A stretch of DNA of 32,000 nucleotides from Desulfotalea psychrophila LSv54 (GTDB taxonomy: Bacteria > Desulfobacterota > Desulfobulbia > Desulfobulbales > Desulfocapsaceae), in assembly GCF_000025945.1 (NCBI RefSeq), contig NC_006138.1, positions 3,120,001 to 3,152,000 on the forward strand, in the 5' to 3' direction. Positions 27,854 to 32,000 of the stretch are shown here, piece by piece. Position 1 is the first letter of the stretch. Each line of letters opens with the position of its first letter. A model generated the notes under the pieces. It made no database searches. It saw nothing but the letters and a program-made list of their open reading frames with translations, and was not told the origin of the DNA. Made by a program: the position numbers and the translations under genes.

Positions 27854-28366
27854 TATTTTAGTAAGAGCCATAGAATAATTACAACAATTATCAGAGATAA
27901 TTCAGAAACAACAAATTTTTCTAACTCGTCACAACTCTTTTGTTTCTGGGCGAAAAGGATGCCTGCAGGGTAATAAGATTAGACAGGTTCAGGTCCCCCC
28001 CCTCCTTGCCGCCAAGATACCTCAAAATAGTGTTCCTGGACCATCTCCTCCAGCCACAGTCACAACTTTCGTCAAGATTGGCGAACACAGCTCGCCTTTG
28101 AGAGGAACGAGACCCCCGCAGCCGCACGCTTCCTTCCACTCTTGAGTGAAGGCCTATCTCAACGTTAAATCTCTGCTCAGGGCAAATGAGGCAGTATTTA
28201 TAGGGTATCTTGAAAACTGGCAATTTCTATAAAAAGCAAGCCCGCATGCAAGACATATGATACCTGGCAAAAACATCGATGCTATCGGAGTCAACACCTG
28301 CCTTCAGAATAAATTTTTTATGAGGTTGAGATTTGCAAAAAGAGGGTAGGAGTTTCAGATACCTGA

Positions 28367-29488
28367 TCAGGGGTATTCAATCTCTCCCTCCAGCAGCAGG
28401 TGTGCACCCAACACACTCCGGCGCACTCCACGCAGAGCAATAGCATCTTCACGACCGGCCAGAGGACAACCTGTAACAAGAGAAACACCGCCATCCCCGG
28501 CAAAGAGAGGGGCCTGAAACAGGTAGAGGTAATCATAGAGCCTTTTCTGCAGTAACTGACCATGCAGTTGCGCACCACCCTCAACCAGCACGGAGCAAAT
28601 ATCCCTTTCCCCCAAAACAGCCACAATCTCCCCTAAATCCAGCCCTTCTGGCAAGGAGGAGACAGGCAAGACAATCACGCCACGTTCTGCAAAGACCTCT
28701 TTGCGTCCCTCATCCACATCATGCTGACAAAAGACAAGTACAGACCTCCCGGAAGCAGCAGAGTAAACGTGAGCATCAGGATCTGTTTTTAGCTGGCTGT
28801 CAAGGATGACGGCAACTGGATCCCGCCCTCCCCCCCCCGGCAAACGGGTGGTGAGAGAGGGATTGTCAATCATTACCGTACCGCTACCAACCATAATCGC
28901 ATCAACAGAATCACGCAGTTGATGAACCAGCGCCCCTGATTCCGGGCCCGTAATCCAACCAGGCTCGCCTTCTTTATAGTTCATGCGACCATCAAGGCTT
29001 ATCCCTGCCTTCATGATCATCCAGGGCGTCCCCGTCGTTATCTTTTTTATGAAGGGTCTATTTATCTCTCTACAATCTGCCTCACATATCCCCGTGCTCA
29101 CCTCAATACCATGATCCCGTAGATACTGAACGCCTCTACCGTTCACCAAAGGATTGGGATCTGTCATACCAACAACAACTCTTAATACCCCCGCCTTGGC
29201 CAGGGCAACACAACAGGGAGGAGTCCTGCCTGTATGACTACAGGGTTCCAGGGTCACATAGGCAGTTGCGCCTGCGGCCTTCTCCCCGGCATCACGAAGG
29301 GCATGCACCTCCGCATGAGGGGTCCCTGCCTTTTTATGATAACCCCTGCCAACGACAGATCCATCTCCCACAATAATAGCACCGACACAGGGGTTTGGCG
29401 AGGTACGTCCCTGCCCCCTCCGGGCCTCGGCAAGAGCAAGAAGCATGTATTTTTGATCAAGCTCTATCTGTCCAGTCTCATTAATCAT
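28367..29488 (-). CDS. ribD: Bifunctional riboflavin biosynthesis deaminase/reductase
   Basis: SPNPCVGAIIVGDGSVVGRGYHKKAGTPHAEVHAL, TLEPCSHTGRTPPC, KAGISLDGRM and reductase domain SVLVEGGAQLHG. ATG at 29488 follows GGAGGTGGAG. Confidence 0.95.
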   Translation of the reverse strand: MINETGQIELDQKYMLLALAEARRGQGRTSPNPCVGAIIVGDGSVVGRGYHKKAGTPHAEVHALRDAGEKAAGATAYVTLEPCSHTGRTPPCCVALAKAGVLRVVVGMTDPNPLVNGRGVQYLRDHGIEVSTGICEADCREINRPFIKKITTGTPWMIMKAGISLDGRMNYKEGEPGWITGPESGALVHQLRDSVDAIMVGSGTVMIDNPSLTTRLPGGGGRDPVAVILDSQLKTDPDAHVYSAASGRSVLVFCQHDVDEGRKEVFAERGVIVLPVSSLPEGLDLGEIVAVLGERDICSVLVEGGAQLHGQLLQKRLYDYLYLFQAPLFAGDGGVSLVTGCPLAGREDAIALRGVRRSVLGAHLLLEGEIEYP

Positions 29489-29951
29489 CTCCACCTCCAC
29501 GAGCATCGAGAAGATTTTTAAGCTCTGACATAAACTCATCCACATCTTTAAATTGCCGGTAAACAGAGGCAAATCTCACATAGGCCACCTCATCAAGGGC
29601 TGGCAAACGCTCCATTACCCATTCACCTACAATACTTGAAGAAATCTCCTTAGCCCCGTAATCCTGCAACATATGCTCGATATCATCAACAAATTCATCG
29701 ATCTTATCACGGCTGACAGCTCTTTTTTCACAGGCCTTCTCAATACCGACCACAAGCTTATGTCTATCCCAGGCCTCTCTTCTACCATCTTTTTTCACCA
29801 GCATAGGAAACATCACTTCAAGCCGTTCATAGGTCGTAAAACGCTGATCGCAGGCGAGACAAGATCTCCTTCTCCGGGTAATAGTTGCATCTTTATTGAT
29901 TCGTGAATCAATAACTTTATTATCAAGGTGGCCACAATACGGACACTTCAT
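29481..29951 (-). CDS. nrdR: Transcriptional repressor NrdR
   Basis: MKCPYCGHLDNKVIDSR...RRRRSCLACDQRFTTYERLE (zinc ribbon) and ATP-cone domain. Confidence 0.96.
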   Translation of the reverse strand: MKCPYCGHLDNKVIDSRINKDATITRRRRSCLACDQRFTTYERLEVMFPMLVKKDGRREAWDRHKLVVGIEKACEKRAVSRDKIDEFVDDIEHMLQDYGAKEISSSIVGEWVMERLPALDEVAYVRFASVYRQFKDVDEFMSELKNLLDARGGGDD

Positions 29952-30033
29952 TTCATCCTCACTCTAGCGGTTAGCAATGTGCAACTACGGGCACAAATAA
30001 ATTATTGTAACCCACTACTATACCTTAAAAAAC

Positions 30034-30067
30034 AAAAAAGGCCCATATCACAGAAGCGATATGGGCC
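30034..30067 (-). terminator. Terminator downstream of rpiB
   Basis: GGCCCATATC...GATATGGGCC inverted repeat followed by TTTTTTGTTTTTT on the minus strand. Confidence 0.88.
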
Positions 30068-30089
30068 CAAAGAGAGAAAAGCAATTCTT

Positions 30090-30518
30090 TTAAATATCGC
30101 TAAACTTGGTAATACGTTGTAAATGTCTTCCGCCAACAAATTCAGTAGTCAACCAGGTATGTAGAACCTGCTGAGCACGTTCAGGTGAAAGGACACGCGC
30201 CCCCATACAAAGTATATTAGCATCATTATGCTCACGACTCATGGCAGCGGTATACTCATCATGACAGAGAGCCGCTCGAACAGATCTATTTCTATTTGCG
30301 GCAATGGACATACCAATGCCTGTACCACAAATCAAAACGCCCCTATCCCCATGCTCCACAAGAGCATCGACTGCCCTCTGGGCATAATCCGGATAATCAA
30401 CAGAGTCAAGGCTGTCACAGCCCACATCCTCAATGGTATGCCCCAGAGCTACAATCTTTTTCTTAAGCAACTCTTTTAACTCATAGCCACCATGGTCCGA
30501 TGCAATTATTATATTCAC
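30090..30518 (-). CDS. rpiB: Ribose-5-phosphate isomerase B
   Basis: IIIASDHGGYELKELLK, VDYPDYAQRAVDAL, GVLICGTGIGMSIAANR. Confidence 0.95.
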   Translation of the reverse strand: MNIIIASDHGGYELKELLKKKIVALGHTIEDVGCDSLDSVDYPDYAQRAVDALVEHGDRGVLICGTGIGMSIAANRNRSVRAALCHDEYTAAMSREHNDANILCMGARVLSPERAQQVLHTWLTTEFVGGRHLQRITKFSDI

Positions 30519-30559
30519 AACTATTCCTTTTCTAATTCAAGATGGAAGCGGGCGAGAAC

Positions 30560-31804
30560 CTACTCACCAATATACTGCTTCATTGCCACAACAGCATTGG
30601 TACCACCAAAACCAAAAGAGTTGGAGATTGCGGCACGCATCTTCATCGAACGACCAACATTAGGAGTATAATCCAAGTCACACTCAGGACTTGGCTCCTG
30701 CAAATTAATCGTTGGCAAAACAAATTGCTTATCAAGGCTCAGAGCTGTCAAGACAGCTTCAACACCACCTGTTGCCCCAAGCATATGGCCAAGCATTGAT
30801 TTTGTCGAACTAATGGCAAGCTTATACGCATGTTCTCCAAAAACACTCTTTATTGCCCGAGTTTCACAACGATCATTCAGGGGAGTCGATGTACCATGGG
30901 CATTGATATAATCAATATCCTCTGGCTGAAAACCTGCATCTTCAATGGCCATCTTCATTGCCCGAGCGCCACCCTCTCCATCTTCCGGAGGGGCTGTTAT
31001 ATGATATGCATCACTGCTCAAACCATAACCCGCCATCTCAGCATAAATCCGAGCACCTCTGGCAATGGCGTGTTCATAATCTTCGAGGATAAGCATTCCT
31101 GCACCCTCTGCCATAACAAAACCATCACGGTCCTTGTCAAAGGGACGGGAGGAAGCAGCAGGATCATCATTTCTGGTCGACAGAGCCTTAAGGGCGGTAA
31201 ACCCCCCAATCCCTGTAGGACAGATAACGGATTCAGTTCCACCAGCAACAATAGCAAGGCACTTACCTGAGCTCACCGCATTAAAGGCTTCACCCACGGC
31301 ATGAGTTCCAGCCGCACAGGCTGTGGTCAGAGCAAGATTTGGCCCTTTAGCCCCAATTCGCATAGATATATGGCCTGAAGGCATATTAGGGATGGCCATG
31401 GGGATAAAAAATGGAGAAATTTTACGCGGTCCCTTCTCCATAAACACCTGATGATATTTTTCAATCATAGGCAAACTTCCCATACCACAACCGGTAATAA
31501 CACCTACCCGCTCACAATTTTCCTCAGTTATCTCAAAGCCACTGTCTTTCAGGGCCATAACAGCAGCTGCCACACCATATTGAGCAAAAAGATCCATATG
31601 TTTGGCTGATTTTTTATCAAAAAAATCTTCTGCCTGGAAATCTTTTACTTCAGCAGCAATTTTAACGGCAAAGTCACTCGTATCAAAACGCGTAATAGTA
31701 TCAATACCACTCTTTCCTGCACACAAATTTTCCCAGGTTTTCTCAACCCCCGTACCAAGAGGCGTAACAAGACCCACACCGGTGACAACAACTCTACGCT
31801 TCAC
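30560..31804 (-). CDS. fabF: 3-oxoacyl-[acyl-carrier-protein] synthase II
   Basis: VVVTGVGLVTPLGTGVEKTWENL, TTACAAGTHAVGEAF active-site Cys, NAHGTSTPLND, KSMLGHMLGATGG, SNSFGFGGTNA. Confidence 0.97.
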   Translation of the reverse strand: MKRRVVVTGVGLVTPLGTGVEKTWENLCAGKSGIDTITRFDTSDFAVKIAAEVKDFQAEDFFDKKSAKHMDLFAQYGVAAAVMALKDSGFEITEENCERVGVITGCGMGSLPMIEKYHQVFMEKGPRKISPFFIPMAIPNMPSGHISMRIGAKGPNLALTTACAAGTHAVGEAFNAVSSGKCLAIVAGGTESVICPTGIGGFTALKALSTRNDDPAASSRPFDKDRDGFVMAEGAGMLILEDYEHAIARGARIYAEMAGYGLSSDAYHITAPPEDGEGGARAMKMAIEDAGFQPEDIDYINAHGTSTPLNDRCETRAIKSVFGEHAYKLAISSTKSMLGHMLGATGGVEAVLTALSLDKQFVLPTINLQEPSPECDLDYTPNVGRSMKMRAAISNSFGFGGTNAVVAMKQYIGE

Positions 31805-31910
31805 GATAAGAACTCCTTTTATATTTTCCTACCCTCGTTATCTCTTTACAAACGACCTTTAAAGCATCCCAAGGCATGAACTCATAAAATTACTGCTGAA
31901 AATAGCAACC

Positions 31911-32000
31911 TTACTTGTTGCTTACGTAATCAATTGCATCCTGAACAGTCGCAATTTTTTCTGCATCTTCATCAGGAATTTCAATATCATAACCTTCTTC
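31911..32000 (-). CDS. acpP: Acyl carrier protein, C-terminal part (runs off the window end)
   Basis: Reverse-strand translation ...EEGYDIEIPDEDAEKIATVQDAIDYVSNK*, just upstream of fabF. Confidence 0.9.
   Translation of the reverse strand, partial: EEGYDIEIPDEDAEKIATVQDAIDYVSNK

Noticed and set aside
27921-28223. 100-aa minus-strand ORF
   Set aside because: Arg/Ser-rich composition with no recognised motif or good ribosome-binding site. Reported only as part of an unexplained interval.
28239-28366. Possible FMN riboswitch associated with ribD
   Set aside because: It is downstream of ribD, not upstream (the gene is on the minus strand), and no RFN consensus blocks were recognised.
1-32000. 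Search for CRISPR arrays, transposons, phage or defence islands, rRNA and tRNA genes
   Set aside because: None seen. Gene content is predominantly housekeeping, and the only tandem repeat noticed is the 12-bp unit at 4442-4477. tRNA absence was judged by eye and should be confirmed with tRNAscan-SE.

Overview
The window looks like ordinary chromosomal DNA from a psychrotolerant or AT-leaning Deltaproteobacterium, probably Desulfobulbaceae/Desulfotalea-like. That taxonomic guess is from memory of protein style and was not searched. About 30 genes are supportable: argS (partial), alr, a ferredoxin, an RluA-like pseudouridine synthase, a PPOX-like protein, a methyltransferase, cbiA/cobB, a DUF374 acyltransferase, uvrB, lspA, asd, leuA, ilvB-ilvN, psd-pssA, rsmD, coaD, an MglB/MglA-like pair plus a large acidic protein, tatD-yggS, pilC, ihfA, ribD-nrdR, rpiB, fabF and acpP (partial). 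No CRISPR array, transposase, phage genes, rRNA or tRNA was seen. The best non-routine signals are: (1) a classical leucine attenuator upstream of leuA, with leader peptide MNFISLLLLACLLLLRPCAVWREIY, a terminator hairpin and a plausible antiterminator; (2) a three-gene roadblock / MglA-like GTPase / 812-aa acidic protein operon, whose last protein has three copies of a ~105-aa helical module and a duplicated acidic linker; (3) a decayed UPF0178 (YaiI/YqxD) gene carrying a TGG->TGA stop, a 12-bp tandem expansion and a frameshift; (4) a ferredoxin with Asp replacing one cluster cysteine.
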